A stretch of DNA of 64,000 nt from Antechinus flavipes (GCF_016432865.1 NC_067398.1:229586001-229650000), one strand, 5' to 3'. Positions 11,386 through 25,802 are shown, counted from the first letter of the stretch. Made by a program: numbers and translations. Notes: generated by a model not told the origin, from the letters alone.

Positions 11386-14379
11386 TAGTATTACTTCCAG
11401 CTCTTTCAAGTATTTTTAATAAGACACTAACTAGATCTTTCCCCATCTTGACCATGTTCCAGCTTGCCAATGTTTCTCTTATAGCAAAAAATGAAAGTAT
11501 ATTTCCTCAGAAACATATTGATGCTTCTTCTAATTCAATCTCATTAATAAAATGGATTATTTGGTGGCAAAGGTCTGATCTCTTTCTTTCTTTCTTTGTC
11601 TCTGGCATTTGTGCTCTTAAGGGATTAAATGATTGCTTTCATTCACTTTTCTTTTTCCGTTCTTTTCAATGCTTCTTTGGAAATTCAACAGTTCTTCTAA
11701 AGCTTCAGGATAGGCCAAAGAGAAATGACTCATAGATTTCCAAAGGCAGAAGTAGGAAGAGAGGAATCTGGAAGGATCGTATGAGCCATGGACAGTAGAG
11801 GTTAACATACATTTGCTATTCATTGCTTTTGAGATGTAGAAGCTCATATTCTTTCAGGGGTTCTCCATAGCCTATTAGAAAAAGTCCACACTATTCATCT
11901 TGACACTGAAAGGCCCTATAAATCAGGTCTCAACCTACTTTTCCAACTCTATTTCCCACTTCCCCAATATGCATCCTTGACTCAAAAGAGTCAAGTCTGA
12001 CTTTAGCCTGAATTTAGAATTGCAGTGAAAATAAGGAGGCACACTAGGAACTTGAATGTTAGGATGAGAAGTGTTTATTTTATCCTGCAGGGAAGGAAAT
12101 GGAAGAGAGGTATGGAGACTATGAAGAGGTTATGAGAATTTGGATAGGTTGATAATGGTAACAGATAGCATCTGTGTGGTGTTTTAAAAATGGCAAAACA
12201 TTTTATAAAAATTGGCTCATTTATCCTCACAACAAACTTGGTAGTAGATGCTATAATTATCTCCTTTTTACAAATGTGAAAACTGAGGCAGAAGTGAGTG
12301 AAATTCTGAGAGTGAAATGGAAAAACCACATGGATGGGTGCAACAGGCATTTGGAAATATAGGAATGAAATTAAAATCACAAGAACAAACCAGAGGGGGA
12401 AAAAGAAGGCTAAAAATGTCAATATTTTGTGGACTACAGGAAGAGAAGGAAAAAGAAGTTAAGGTTAAGGAAGAAGTTTAGTGGCTACATTAACTATCTG
12501 TGGATCCAGGACTGCACACAAAATAGGACAAATAGTCTATAACAGATTTAGCCTGAGGTTCAGATATCAGCCAATCTGGCCAGACTGTGGACACAATCTA
12601 CAGGAAAAATCCCTATAATCCCTACCTGTCTTGACTGAACCACCTCTTTGATTTTTCCCTGTATTATCTTGCCAAATAACTGCAAGATTTTCTTGATTAC
12701 TGGTGCTGGTCCCTCCTGTCCCACTGTTGATCACATCTCACAGTAAATTTGGGGAATAATAATAGAATAAAGCTGTAACAAGATTATATGGTCAAATGTT
12801 TTTGTTTGATTTTCAATACTCGTCAAAATGTTTTCATTGCACTTAGCCAAGATGTTGATGGGAATTCTAAAAAAGCTTTTAAATTAAACCAGCTTATTCT
12901 CAGGAATTAAAGTGAGACTATCCTATTCTTGTTAATCATACAATCTGCTCACATCTCCCTGTCTTATTTTCCCAGAAATGGCCAGAAGTCTACTGTTAAT
13001 CCATCCCTCCTATCTTCAACTTCTGAGAATGTCTTGATTGGCTTCTTTAGCCAACCACATTCCTTCTCGATTCCTCCTCTTACTACCTAGATTCTGGCCC
13101 CACTTCTTTACATTCCCCCAGACTATAAAAGTCATTTCACCAAAAAAGCAAGTTCATTGATCACCTGACTCTGCCTGGCTTAGTCATGGCTGATTAAGTC
13201 CACAAAGATATTTCATGAAATAAATCACCTTTGTAACCTGTATTGGATGTCTATGCCATGGTTGTTCCATGTTGTTAACCACTATGCTCTCCCAAATTTG
13301 CTTAATATTTCTATTTATTACATCTTCTGGTGCCTTTTTTTTTTAAAACACATTAAGGCAAACTTTTAGTTTCCCAGAACACTTCACAATAACATGTTCA
13401 TTCTACTTCCTTATTTTATCTTTCCTGTGTGTTCTCTAATCTATATTACCCTTGAAGATCCATTCTCTGTCTTCTGGAAAACTTTTCCTAACAACTTTAG
13501 TCCATAGCAATTTCTTATTTTTCAGCTTTTTTTCTTTATCCCATACAAGTATAATTTAGGACTTGATGATAGCTGGTAGATTCTCCATATTGCTTTTTGT
13601 GCAAGAACTGTGATTTTATTAATTTATGAAAATTCTCTCTACCAATAAAAACCAGAGATTGTTTTGGAATTTAAAGTCTTGGTTGAAATTCATAGTTATT
13701 TGTAGAGTGGTTTCATGACTTGCTCAAACAGGCTACTATGTGTCACAGGCAGCACTTGAGCTCATATCTTCCTAATTTTGAGGGACGCTTTTTATATTTT
13801 GAATCACGCAGCCCCTAAGACTCTCAATAAAGAATTTTTTATTGATTAGCTGGGGAAAGAGGAACAAAGAAGACATAAAGGGAAGGCAAAAGGGAGAAGA
13901 TAAAGGGCTGTTGGGAAGAAAACATAGGAAGGATGTCCTGGAAGAATATATCCCTTTTGAAGTTAGGATTAAAATTAAAATTGGTAGAACACAGCTCAAG
14001 TTATCCACCTAAAAAGTCGGAAATAGCTAGCTCCCTGCCTTAAAGAAAAAATGGCTGAAGGATGGAATGAAATATTTCAGCTGGACAGAGAAGATTCCTT
14101 TACTTTGGATCATAGATCAAACTGGTATCATTTTTCTTCTTAATAGATATTCCAAACTAGAACCTGGAAGAAAAAATAATAGATGGACAGTATTATGGGT
14201 AGAAAAGACTATTTTATTAGAATTCAGATTTATTTTCTAGTTGGTCTTATCTCTGCCATTGAATGACCTTGGAGAAGCAAAGTTCGTTTCGCTAAGGCAC
14301 AAATTTCCTCATCTCTCAAATATAAAAATTATTTTGGAGGTATAACAAGGTAGTGGTACTGAGTTTTTGAAAAGCTCTT

Positions 14380-15720
14380 CAATAGTAAGAATGAGAGAAC
14401 AAAATCAAAGAATTTTGGAATTAGAAAGTATCTCAGAAGTGCCTAGTCCAATCAACATGAATCTCGTTTACCCTACACCTGACAAATGGCCATTCATTCA
14501 GACTTTGTTTTTCAAACCTCTGTTGAGAAACCACGACTTCTGGAAGTAATTCATTCCCTTTTGTTGGACATTTTTCCTCATATGAACCCTGAATTTGCCT
14601 TGCTGTGAATTCTATCCATTACTTTTATAACAGCTGACGGGGTTCAAATCTGATTCTCCTTCCACATGGCACTTCAAATATTTGCTGACAAGTATCATGT
14701 TTCCCCTAAATGATTTCTATTTGAGGCAAAATATCCCTATTTTGTTCCTTTTTTCGCTCACATGGGATGATATCAAAGCCCTTCACTAGTCTGGTCACCC
14801 TCATTTGGACATTCTCTAGCTTGTTCAAAGTCTTTCTAAAATGTGTAATACAGAGTTGGATCCAATACTCTGGATGTGGTCTTTTACTAAAAATATTAGA
14901 TCCATCAGTCCCTTGCTCCTGAATACTATGACTCTCTCTGTTTTGGTCCTACTTGATTTATGTATCAATACTATATCTGTGTCATTAAAGGCCTAGGAAG
15001 GGCTCCTTCTCCTATTTTTCCAAGTAATTTATATAGTATTGGAATTAAATGTTGTTTAAATATTTGGTAGAATTCATTTATAAATCCATCTATGGATTGT
15101 CAAGGCAAATGAGGACCGCATAAACTTTTTGGCTATGATGTCTTTTTGTGACTCACATTGAGTTTGCAGTACACTAAAAGAAGAGTCATTTGTATCTACT
15201 CATCTTGTCCCCATTTTGGACTTTTTTTTTTTAACCAAATATAACTTTTTTTTTCCATTTATCCCTACTAACTTTCATCTACTTGGATATTTCTCAGATT
15301 TTAGTCTATTTAAATCTGCTTGTAAACTGATTCTGTCATCCAATCTTTTAGCCAGCCTGTCCACTAATTTTTGATAAACATGTAAAGAAAAAAGATGAAC
15401 ACAGATCCATAGGATACTCTATGCAGGTAGATACAGAACAATTGATAAGGACAACTGTTTAAGTTTGGCCACTCAACCAGTTCATCCATCTATGATAAAT
15501 GTGTAAAATGCTTTGCTAAAAAATAGACAAATCAAGCATTTCTTTCATCTGCCAGCCTAGAAACATTGTCAAAAAATGAGATAGACTAGTCCGGCAGGAT
15601 CGGTTCTTGGTGATCATTAACTATTCCTTTAATAATATGTTTTGGGCTTTTACCAGGAATTGAAGTTCAGTGGATTCTATTTTCTTTCCTTTTATGCAAA
15701 TTGGAATATCTGATGTTCTG
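14380..15720 (-). mobile_element. L3/CR1 ORF2 RT-to-3' relic (interrupted)
   Basis: The reverse strand decodes to decayed EVP.DW..A..PI..KG, K.RSC.T.L and DFSKAF motifs, then RPHLEY.IQ motifs at about 14820-14880. Confidence 0.65.
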
Positions 15721-15829
15721 CATTCCTGTGGCACTGTTAAGTCAGAAGCTACCTACAAGATAGAACAGCAGTAGATACACCTAGAAATTCATTAGAGATA
15801 AAATCTAAGAAAGAAAGCAATACTTCTGA

Positions 15830-17620
15830 TTTCAGAAGTCTATACACAAATACACCCGATACGGGAAATAAGAAAAGGTAATCAATGATCTTAAGGCCAG
15901 GAAGCAGATTTGACTTTGTAGGTCTATTGACACTTGGCAGAATGAAATCTAGTTCTAAGTCTTATTCAAAAGGAATAGGATAGGTAAAGGAGAGAAAAGG
16001 AAAACCAGCAATGAATTTTAAAAAGATACATGCATGGAGAAATCTAAAAGCATATGAGTAGTAATCAGTAGGGGCAGAAACAAAACTGATATCATCATCA
16101 GAGTAAGCTACAGACTGGACAGAAACGGAAAGCATTAAGATTTTTAGGAAGACTACAAGCTTAGTATGGAGGCATAATATGTAGGTGAAGCGGGATTTAA
16201 ATTGTCTGAACATCTGCTGCCAACCGCAGTACAGACAATAATGTCTGGACTTGTATTAATGATAACTTCGTCCTTTCAAAGGTAGATGGAAATAACAAAA
16301 GGAACTGCTATTTCATGGTTCATCTTGGGCAACAACTGGCTGCTGCAGTGGAAATGATGAGAACTTTGTAGCAAAATGCCAGCTTCCTTTAAGAACTGGT
16401 AACAGAAGAAGAGAAAAAAAGGGCACAGTCAAATATATGTCAGATTTTAGGAAAGTCTATTTCCAAAGCATTTTGAGAAAAGGCAGATAGGAGCTCATGG
16501 CCTGCAATTCTAGCAAGAAAGTTAACCCTACAGGGAAAAGAAACTATAGAATGAAATCTGTTAATACTAACAAAAACAATTAGTAGAGGGAAAATGGTCT
16601 TTGTCTAAAAAGATCAGCGAATGGACAGAGAAATTGACCAACCAACTTAGAGAGGGGGAAAAAAAGAAAAATATGTGGAAGATGGGAAGGAAAAGAGGTA
16701 TATGGTTGTGTAAGAATAGTGTCAAGAGTTTAGAATAAGCTGAGGTTGGTGAGAAAATATAGGACCCCTCCCCAAATATATTTTTGGAGAAATTAAGTAG
16801 CATGGTCTAGTTGCTTCAGACCTGGAAAAATCTGAATTCATGAACTCTTCTCACTAAAAAATGGCTATGTGGACCCTGGACAATTTACTTAATTTCTCAG
16901 GGCCTTTACACAATACACTCAAACCCCAAAAAAAGGTGCAGCATCCTTGCTTATTTACACTGGTACAGAAGGTTTCTTGACTCATTCCCTACATCCCTGA
17001 TTCTCTGAAATATCATAGAAATCACAGGAATATACCCCCTTTGTTCTCTGAAAAAACGAGGAAAAGAGAAATATCAAAGGGCAGAGAACTTTACAGTTTA
17101 TGGAAGATGATGCTGAATAGAAAAACAAAAAGTACCTAATTTTTATTTGTCTTCTGTTTCTTTTCCTCCAAGGAAAATAATCAAGGGAGAACAAAAAATG
17201 ATCAACAGTAAGTTAAAATCAAGGGATATAGGAAGATTCTAAGGCAGTGCTTAGCTTCACATGATGAGTCTTACTCAGGCCCACATGAATAACATCTTAG
17301 GGTGCTGATAAACTATCATTAGCGATCTTTGGAAAACTAGAAAATAGAAGTCTTAACTGAATACTAGAGAAGTAAATACTGTTCTAAATAAATTTAAAAA
17401 AAAAAATAAGACAGGGGAGATGACTGTAAATTATAGTATCTGCTACGAGGAGATTGCAGTCAGTCCTGCACTGGTCAGAACCAAACAGGAAATACTGTGC
17501 TCAGTCCTAGGTACTTCACAGAATAATGATGACCTGGAAAGTATATAGAAAAAGGCAAATGGAGCAGTCAAAAACCCTGAGATGATAAAATATGAGGATT
17601 AAATAAACTGGGGATATCTG
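15830..17620 (+). mobile_element. Long L3/CR1 ORF2 relic retaining the endonuclease domain
   Basis: Ordered decayed motifs: LYTN..GNK (15838), GDFN.P.IC (16190), DNF..QKV...T.G.AI (16260), GP.E.H.RVL (17278) and ALVR...EYC.Q (17490). These match the CR1 APE-RT ORF2. Confidence 0.7.
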
Positions 17621-17624
17621 GGAA

Positions 17625-17830
17625 AGCCAAGTGGTGGAATAGATTAGAACTGGACTTTGAATCTAGTCTCACACACTTACTAGCTATGTAATCCTGAGCA
17701 AATCACTATTTGCCTCATTTTCCTTATCTATAAAATGAACTGGAGGAGGAAATGGCAAATCACTGCATTATCTTTATCAAGTAAACCCCAAATGGTGTCA
17801 GAGTCAGATGTGACTGAAATGAAGAGAATT
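17625..17830 (+). mobile_element. MIR/Mar1-type SINE
   Basis: ctagctatgtaatcctgagcaaatcac...gaggaaatggcaaatcact tail. Confidence 0.75.
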
Positions 17831-18269
17831 GTTATTCATGAGATACTCTACCTTTTTGTTAATTTCAAAAGTATTTTATGTTTCTAATTACATATATAGT
17901 TTTCAACATTAATTTTTCTAAGATTTTTGAGTTTCAATTTTTTTTCCTACCTCCCTTCCAAGGTAGCAAAAAATATGATATACTTGCACATGTATAATCA
18001 TTTTAAACATATTTCCATATTAGTCATGGACAACAATAATTTAGGTAAGACAAGAAAGAAAAAAAGAATTAAAAGATGATAGTTATAAGTATCTATCCCC
18101 TCCCCCCCCCAAAAAAAAAAAATCACAGAGAAGGGGAAATCAATCTTGCTCTTCATGGTTCTTGCAAACAGAAAGTTGTAATTAATTGGTAGGAGTTGCA
18201 AAAGTTTCAGTTCAATATAAGGAAAAGCCTTAACAATGAAACCCATAAAAAATTGGAATAGACTATCCT

Positions 18270-19050
18270 GAAAATGAGAGCTCATTGGAGGTCTTCAAGA
18301 AGAGGCTGCATGACCATTTGTTAAATATGTTACAGAGGGGATTCCCTGAGTGGCTGCAGAGGGTCACTAAAATCCCTTCCAACTCTGAGATTCTGCAAAT
18401 GGAAAACAAATTCAACCTTAGTTAATATGTGACATCACACATACACATAGTACTGGATCACAGAATTCATAATGCTGTAGGTGATGGTCCCACTATACTC
18501 TTTTCTGGTCAGATTGTATTGAATACTGAACAACAACTTTTAGGAAGGGCATTGAAAAACTGGAGTATATGAAATGTACTTACTCATCTGTAAAATGGAA
18601 ATAATTATTCCAACTACCTCATATAGTTGTGAAAATCAAATGAGGTAACACATGGAATGAACTTTGCAAGCCTTAATCCGCTATATCAATGTCAAATGTT
18701 ATATTAACAGATACAATAATTATTAACAATAATAGTGAAATGATTACAGATCATGATTTGAAGAAACAGGAAATTGTCAGCAAAATATCTGAAAGGTTTT
18801 AGGGAGGAAAAGCAATTTTTCTTTTGGTCCCAGAAGAGCAAAATAATAGGTGTAAATCTGAGGGATAAATCTGCACAAACTAAGGAAAATTTTTCTGCAA
18901 CATCAAGACTGTCTAAAATAATGGGTGATTTCAAGGAATGCCTCTAAGTTTCCCATCGCTGGAGGTCTTCAAATAAAAAATGAATAACCATTTTCAGATT
19001 CCTGCTAAGTACAGATTGTACTAATGACTTCTGAGGTCCTTCCCACTCTG
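18270..19050 (+). mobile_element. L3/CR1 3' fragments (two termini, with a MIR insertion)
   Basis: L3 terminal motif cccttccaactctgagattctg near 18375 and gaggtccttcccactctg near 19035; ttttaggaagggcattgaaaaactggag at 18538. Confidence 0.6.
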
Positions 19051-22000
19051 ACGTGCTAGGACTCTTTTTCCCTGGGCTGTTCAGCAGGTTTTTCTCCCTT
19101 GTGATTAGAATAAGGATACTCTATCGTCATACCTTCTGGTTTATAGGAATTGTATATTTCAAACCCAATTTATCAATATTTGGTGTTCCCACTTCTCCCA
19201 TTCAGAAGGGAAGGTACAGTTCTTTCCGTTCATAAAATTAATGGAAGAACAAGTAACTCTTTTGGGTCCCTAGCTCTGTAATACAATAAAGTAATAGAAG
19301 GCAATTTCCTTTGGAAAATAATCTGTAAAGAAGCAAAGAGGTGTGGTATATGGACACACAGAGAGTGATTATTTATTTACTTTTAGTGCTATTTTTAAAC
19401 TTTGCACGATATATTTTCCCCCACCAATAAAAGACTTTAGGATATTGAGCCTACTTTCCTGATGTTATGAAATCCAGTCCTCTAATGGGGACAGTAGGGA
19501 AGAGAAAAGGGGACCTCATCAAGTAGCTCCCATCCAGGCTCCTCGAATTAAAGATGCTTACATCATGACTGCTTCTACTTATCCCAAAACTGTGGGCAAA
19601 GATCTAGCTCAACTGCAGTGTTTAAGTGATCTAATGCTGCATCTCAATTTCTTTCAAGTTTCATAAAACCCACATTACAAAAAGGAAGAAAAAATTCCTG
19701 AGGAAAATAGCTCCAATGCCAAAATAATCCCTTGTGTTTGTAGGACATTTTTTATTTTCTGAAGTGATTTCATATTCATTATTTCATGAAAGTCTCAGTA
19801 AAATTCTGGGCAAGTAGCAGGTCAGGGATTTTTGTTCACTTTCCATAAGTAAACAAACTGATCAGAAGGTGTGGTTACATAGCTATTCAATGGTAAGGCT
19901 AGAATAGACCCTTAATTTTCAGTGCTACATACTATTTCTTTCTAATCCCTTAAAATTGAGGGAGGATGATATTCTCCCATTCTTCAGAGAAAAGTTTGTG
20001 GGTGTTGTATTGGACACGGGACATAAAATTCTGTTTTGGTCCTAGTTCTGTCACTAATAAGCTATGGGACAACTGGTAAGTCACTTTGTGAGTCTTGGTT
20101 TTCCTTGCCTTCAAATAAAATCAAGAGGACTTTGCTATGAGAGTTGGACATAATTCTTCTCCTTCCCTCCTTCTGCCTGCAAGGTTTGGGACCCTCTTCA
20201 GGTTTACAAAAGACAATTTTACATGAAAGGGTACGATGGGATTAGAAAGGAACAGGCTTTATGCAGAGAGAAAGACTTCCAAGTCTCCATTACCTCATAC
20301 AATGGATACAGAGCCAATTTACTGGGGCTGACGATGGCAGAGATGCATTAGCTACAATGGGAGCCATGCTCAGAGAAAAGTGAGAAGGCAAAGAGCTGCC
20401 CAAGAGAGCTGTTCAAGCAATAAAGCAAGAGTTTTTTCTTTAATTTCCTCAGAGGCATAGGTTAGGAGGCTCACAGTTTCTAGCATTCCAGCAACAACAC
20501 AAAAAAGGCCTCCCTCCTGAACCCACCACAAAATTTGTTCCCTGAGTAGGAGTTTTCTGAAGGGAAATTATTTTCAATTGATATATGAGAAGTTAATAAT
20601 AATAACAGCAACTAACATTTATATAACACTATATGCCAGGCATATTTACAATTAATATCTCATTTGATCCTCACAACAGAGGGAGGTTGGTGCTATTATT
20701 ATCCCTATATTACAGATGAAGAAACTGACACAAAGTGATTGCCCAGGATGATACTGGTAACTGAATATGATCTCAGGGATGGCTGACTCTAGGCTCAACA
20801 CTAAACAATGTGATGCACAGCTAATGTTTTAATTACAGATTTTCCTGTTTTTTGTTAATATTGTTCAATTAGTTTTTAAAATTTGATTTCTGATGATTTA
20901 CCACTTCCTAAGAACCTATTTCCTTTTCCAGTATAATTAATGTAATCATAATGAGGACTCTTAAGGTGGAAGACTCCTTACCTCAACCAACTATTTCATA
21001 ACATTGTTGGCACCACATGGAGGAGGTACTAGTCTTATTGTTCTTTGTAATGGCTACTCAAGAGAAGTTAAAGACTGAGAGTCTGGCTGGCCCTTAACAA
21101 AAATGAGAAGTTTTAGAATCTTTAGGCTACTTCCTTTTCTCCCTACTATTGTCTTCGATAAAAGCAGTATTCTGTTGGAGCAATATACAATGTGTAAGTA
21201 CACACTGTAAGGGTAAACAATAAAAATACATAAAGTAAATTTTAAAAATAATAATTTTTAAAAGAGTAAAGTGTTTTACTTCTAAGAGGGGGTAGCTATA
21301 CTATAGGAAAGTTTCCTAAAGGAGAGAGTGCAATTTTAGGCATCAATGGAGGGAATCAACCACATAGACTATTTGATGAAGTGTAAGGCTTCCTGGCTGG
21401 CTCTTCTAGTCAAAGGTGAAAAATAGAAACAATCCATCCCTCCACAGCCTATGAATCAAGGCCAGGCTCCAATGTGAGTCCCAACAAACAGCAGGACATT
21501 CCTTAGTTGGAGCAGAGCCAGACCTTTAAAGTCATCAGTGGGATAAGTGCTTAGTAACATCCTGCTCCAGGTGATAACATGTCACAGGAACACCTAGCTG
21601 AAGGACTTCTCTTTCTATCTTCCCCTGGACTGTGTGAGCTCTGTGTACTTTGTTTTGATAGGGTACCCCTACCTGAGGCACCTAAGCCATCATCCTTTTC
21701 CCTTTCACGCTTTGTAGGCAGTACAAATACATCCCACAGTAATCCATGCGTCTGGTGGCAGTCTCCTGTTTAGGTTACAGGAGGTGGGAAACTGTTTGCC
21801 CAGAGATAACGAATTACCTCAAATCTTGGCAACAAGGCCTCCTCCCCCAAACAGAATTTCTATTTACCCAGCCTAAAGGTGAGGGGTTTTTGCAGAGTTG
21901 CTAAAGATGCCTTGGGAACTGCTTTGGGCTACTAGCAATCACTGTGAGCAGGAAGGATTCCATTGCCTCCAGCTACTGTTGCCTTTGTCATATAAACAAA

Positions 22001-22741
22001 ACCACTCCTCTGGGTTCATTCAGACAGACTGGACATGGTTCTATAAACTACTTGGGGAATCCTGTTCTATGAGGTAACTTCTAGTCTCCGTTTGTGCAGA
22101 GAGCAAAAGTTTTACTTCTTACTGCTGGAAACTCCCTGTGTGACTAGACAAACTAACAGAGTAAAAACATCTTTATTTAGTTTTTATCATCTCTTCCTTT
22201 AAAAATAAAATCAATTATTTTTATTCATTAAATTTTTTTTTTGATTTCTGAATTCTTTCTTCTTCCTACTCCTCCCCTAACCAATGAAAAGGCAAGGAAG
22301 ATTGATCTCAATTATATATATGAAGAAAGGACATTTTAAAAAGAGGAAACAACTCCAAATGAGAAGTAATATAAAAAGCAAAACACATTTGAGCAGTCAG
22401 AATGGGCTAAATAATGATGAATTTTTATAAAGCAATAAAAGCAGGAGAAACATATGACAAAACAAAGAATGGCCTGAAGAGTATTTTGTTCTGTTTTGAT
22501 GGTCATAAGAGAAAAAATAATGCAAAGAAGGTGGGAAAACACTAGAAAAGAAAGGACGGGTAGAAGTTATTATTATGCCAGAAATAAGTATACAATGAGG
22601 AAGAGTTATGATAACCAGACTTCATATGAACCTCACTCTAATCTGAACAAAGGAGGGCTGATTATATACGTATAGGCACACAAGAATGACTAAGATCTAA
22701 GTCCAAATATGGTATCAGATACTTCTTAGCAATGTGAACCT

Positions 22742-22848
22742 GGAAGAAAGGGAGGGCAGGAAGAAGTGAAGAAAGAGGAAGGAAGGAAGATAGGAAGGAA
22801 AGATGGAAGGAAGAAAGGAAGGGAGAGAAGAAAGGAGGGAGGGAGGGA
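22742..22848. repeat. Degenerate (GGAA)n/(GGGA)n polypurine tract
   Basis: Read directly from the sequence. Confidence 0.9.
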
Positions 22849-23059
22849 CCATAAAAAGAACTACTTTGCCCAATTATATGCCATCAAAAAGATAAATGAA
22901 ATGAATAACTAAAAAAATATAAAATATCTGGACAGGTAAAATAAGAAGTAAAAAATTTTAAATATCCCAATATCAGAAAAAAATAAATTGGATAAGGATT
23001 AAATGGAAATACCATAGAAAAAAGTCCTAGGATGAACATAGATTTACAAATTAATTCTA

Positions 23060-25620
23060 ATGTTACACAAATTGTTTGCAAATTAGATAAGAGAACCTGC
23101 AAAATTTTCTAATGCAAATAACAATCATAATACCTAAACAATGGAGAGACTGATGTTTCCTAATGAATCTCAGTGCAAAGATACTGAATAAAATATCGTA
23201 AAGAGACTAGATTAAATATTATGACCAGGTTAGATTTGTAGGAAAACTATAAACATAATCCTCTATATTGATAAAAATTAATAAATCACATATCTATGTC
23301 GAATGTAGAAATGGTTCTTGATAAAATAAATAATCATTTTTATTAAATAACAACAGGGGCAGCCAAGTGGCACAGTAGATAGAGCACCAGCCCTGAAGTC
23401 AGGAGAACCTGAGTTCAAATCTACTCTCAGACACTTAACACTTCCTAGCTGTGTGACCTTGGGCAAGTCACTTAACCCCAATTGTCTCAGCAAGGGAAAA
23501 AAAGGTAAAAAAAAAAAATAATAATCAAAAACAGTAACAACAATGACAAAACACAATAATAAAAAGCATAGGGATAAATGGACCTTTCCTAAATATGGGA
23601 AGTAGTATATACCTAAAACACAGGGACAGATTCATATGCAATGGCCAAACACCAGAAACCTTTTCAGTACAACAAGGATTTGTTATTACCATTATTATTT
23701 GATATCCTGTTAGAAATGCTAGCTGTAGTAATAAGACAAGAAAAATAAATTGAGAGAATAAGTATAGACAAAGAGGGAGGGGGAAAAAATTCACATTTTT
23801 CTAATTATATACCCATATGATTAAAGAACCTTTAAAAATTTAACTAAAGTTTATTAAAATTGTTGATGAAGACAAGGAATATAAAACCATCTCAGATAAA
23901 TCAATAACTTATTTATAATTCAAACGAATCTTAGAAAGAATCAATACAAAAAGAAATTGCATTCAAAGGAATATAATGTACCAAATATTTAGGAGGCTAC
24001 TTACCAAGATGCACAAAGAAACTATATGAATACAACTACAAAACACTGTTTCATTGAAATAAAGACACATCTAAGTAATTATAGCACTATTAATTGCTCA
24101 TAGTGAGGCCAGCCAATAAAAAAAATTATAATACTATTTAAACTAATTTAGTCTGGGTCATATCAAATACTGAAGTTACTTTATAGGGAAAAAAAAATAA
24201 TAAAATTTGTTTGATGCAGCAAAAGGTCAAGAACTTCAAGGGAGATAATGAAATATGTGGGAAGGAAGAGGGCCTAACACTGATGGATTTTATACAATAA
24301 AGCAGGAATCATTTAAACTCTTTGGTGCAAGTTTTAAAAAAAGGTAACCAATGAAATGCACTAAATACACAACAAAGATAAGCTCCACATTACTGCAACA
24401 AAATGTATGATGAGAGTACAGGAAAGGGAATAAGTATTATAGCAGCCATATACGTCAGGCACTTTTGTAAATATATTTCATTTGTTCCTTACAATTACCT
24501 TGCAAGGCAGATGCTATTATCAATCCTATTTTATTCTCCAGCTCATTCTACAAATAAAGAAACTGAGGAAGACAAGTTTAAGTGACTTGCTCAGGGTTAC
24601 AATGCTAGTAAGTGATTGAGACAAGATTTGAATGGAGAAGTGTAAGTCTCTTCATCCACTACATTACCAGCCGACTCAAATAACTACTAGAATAAATGCT
24701 CATTAATTCAATTAAAAAAAACAACAAAGGAACAAAACTTACTACTGTTTGTTTTTTTTTAAACTAGAACACAATTGGCAAAAATTATGCTTATACCTAC
24801 TCAAAATAAGCTTCAAATGGATTCATGACCAGGTTATAAAAGATACAATCATAAACAAATTAGAGGATCAGAGAAAGAGATGTCTTTAACAGCTATGAAT
24901 AAGGGAAGGATTCTTGAGCAAATAAAGATAGAAACAAAGGAGATAAAATAGCCAATCTGAATTATACTAGGGAAAAAAAAGCTAATCAGGACATATAGTA
25001 CTATTTCAAATAGATAAGAACAAGAGCCATCCCCCAATAGACAGATGGTCAAAGATATGAACAAGAAATTCTCACGGGAGAGAAATCCAAGCTTGCAGCA
25101 ATTATAAAAAACATTGCTTCTAAACACTAATAAGAGAAATGCAAATTAAAGCAATCCTGAAATTCTGCTTCATATTCATCAGATTGGCAAATATAAAGGG
25201 AAAAAAAAAAGAATGACAATTGCTGGAGGGGCTGGCTCTCAAAGAATAAGCATACACACAAAAATAAATAAAATTTAACAAGAGAGTAAGTACATCAATG
25301 TACTGTTGTTGGAGTTGTGAACTGGAAAGCAATTTGGACTGATGCCCATAATGTCACCCTTTATCTCAAAAAATAGGACTTTTATTAAAGGCTTTATCAC
25401 AAGAGAATAGAAAGAAAAATAATCCACACACCCAGTATGAAAGAATAAAAACTAAGGGGTTACCCAACCAAATGGGAAATAGTTTGAACAAATTATAATA
25501 TTATGCCAAGAGACATTATTATGAAAGAGATGAATACAGAGAAATCTGAGAAAAGTTGTATGAAATGATGTAGAGTCAATTGAACAAAGCCAGAACTACC
25601 TCCACAAGAGGTAGTTTCTC
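23060..25620 (+). mobile_element. Fragmented old L1 ORF2 (RT to C-terminus) with nested SINEs
   Basis: Decayed YDQV.F, GIN.G.F, LAV.IRQE.EI.GI, KYLG.YLP, KI.SKW..DL.IK and MQIK..L.FCF motifs occur in L1 order. Confidence 0.75.
23356..23520 (+). mobile_element. WSINE1-like tRNA-derived SINE inserted in L1
   Basis: ggggcagccaagtggcacagtagatagagcaccagccctgaagtcagg, B box gagttcaaatc, ...ttaaccccaattgtctc and an A-rich tail. Confidence 0.9.
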
Positions 25621-25802
25621 TACAAGTTCTCTACAAGAAATACAACCTGAAAGACTGAAGAGCTTAGCTCGTTGAGCTCCCTCTTCTCTAAAATTAAGTC
25701 ATAAACTCATCAACTCCTGATGGTAGTACTCCTAACCTGCAACGAAATTCTTTCAACTTACTTGTTAAGCTTTATGTTACTCTATAGATCCTGATACACT
25801 AT

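Noticed and set aside
12640-12960. Possible RTE-X/L4-like ORF relic on the minus strand
   Set aside because: Only a vague resemblance to the K..F...ILP..YG.E.W motif, too weak to call without an HMM search.
16040-16110. TGATGA...CTGA on the minus strand suggesting an intronic C/D box snoRNA
   Set aside because: It has no terminal stem or proper box spacing, and it lies inside the L3/CR1 endonuclease relic.
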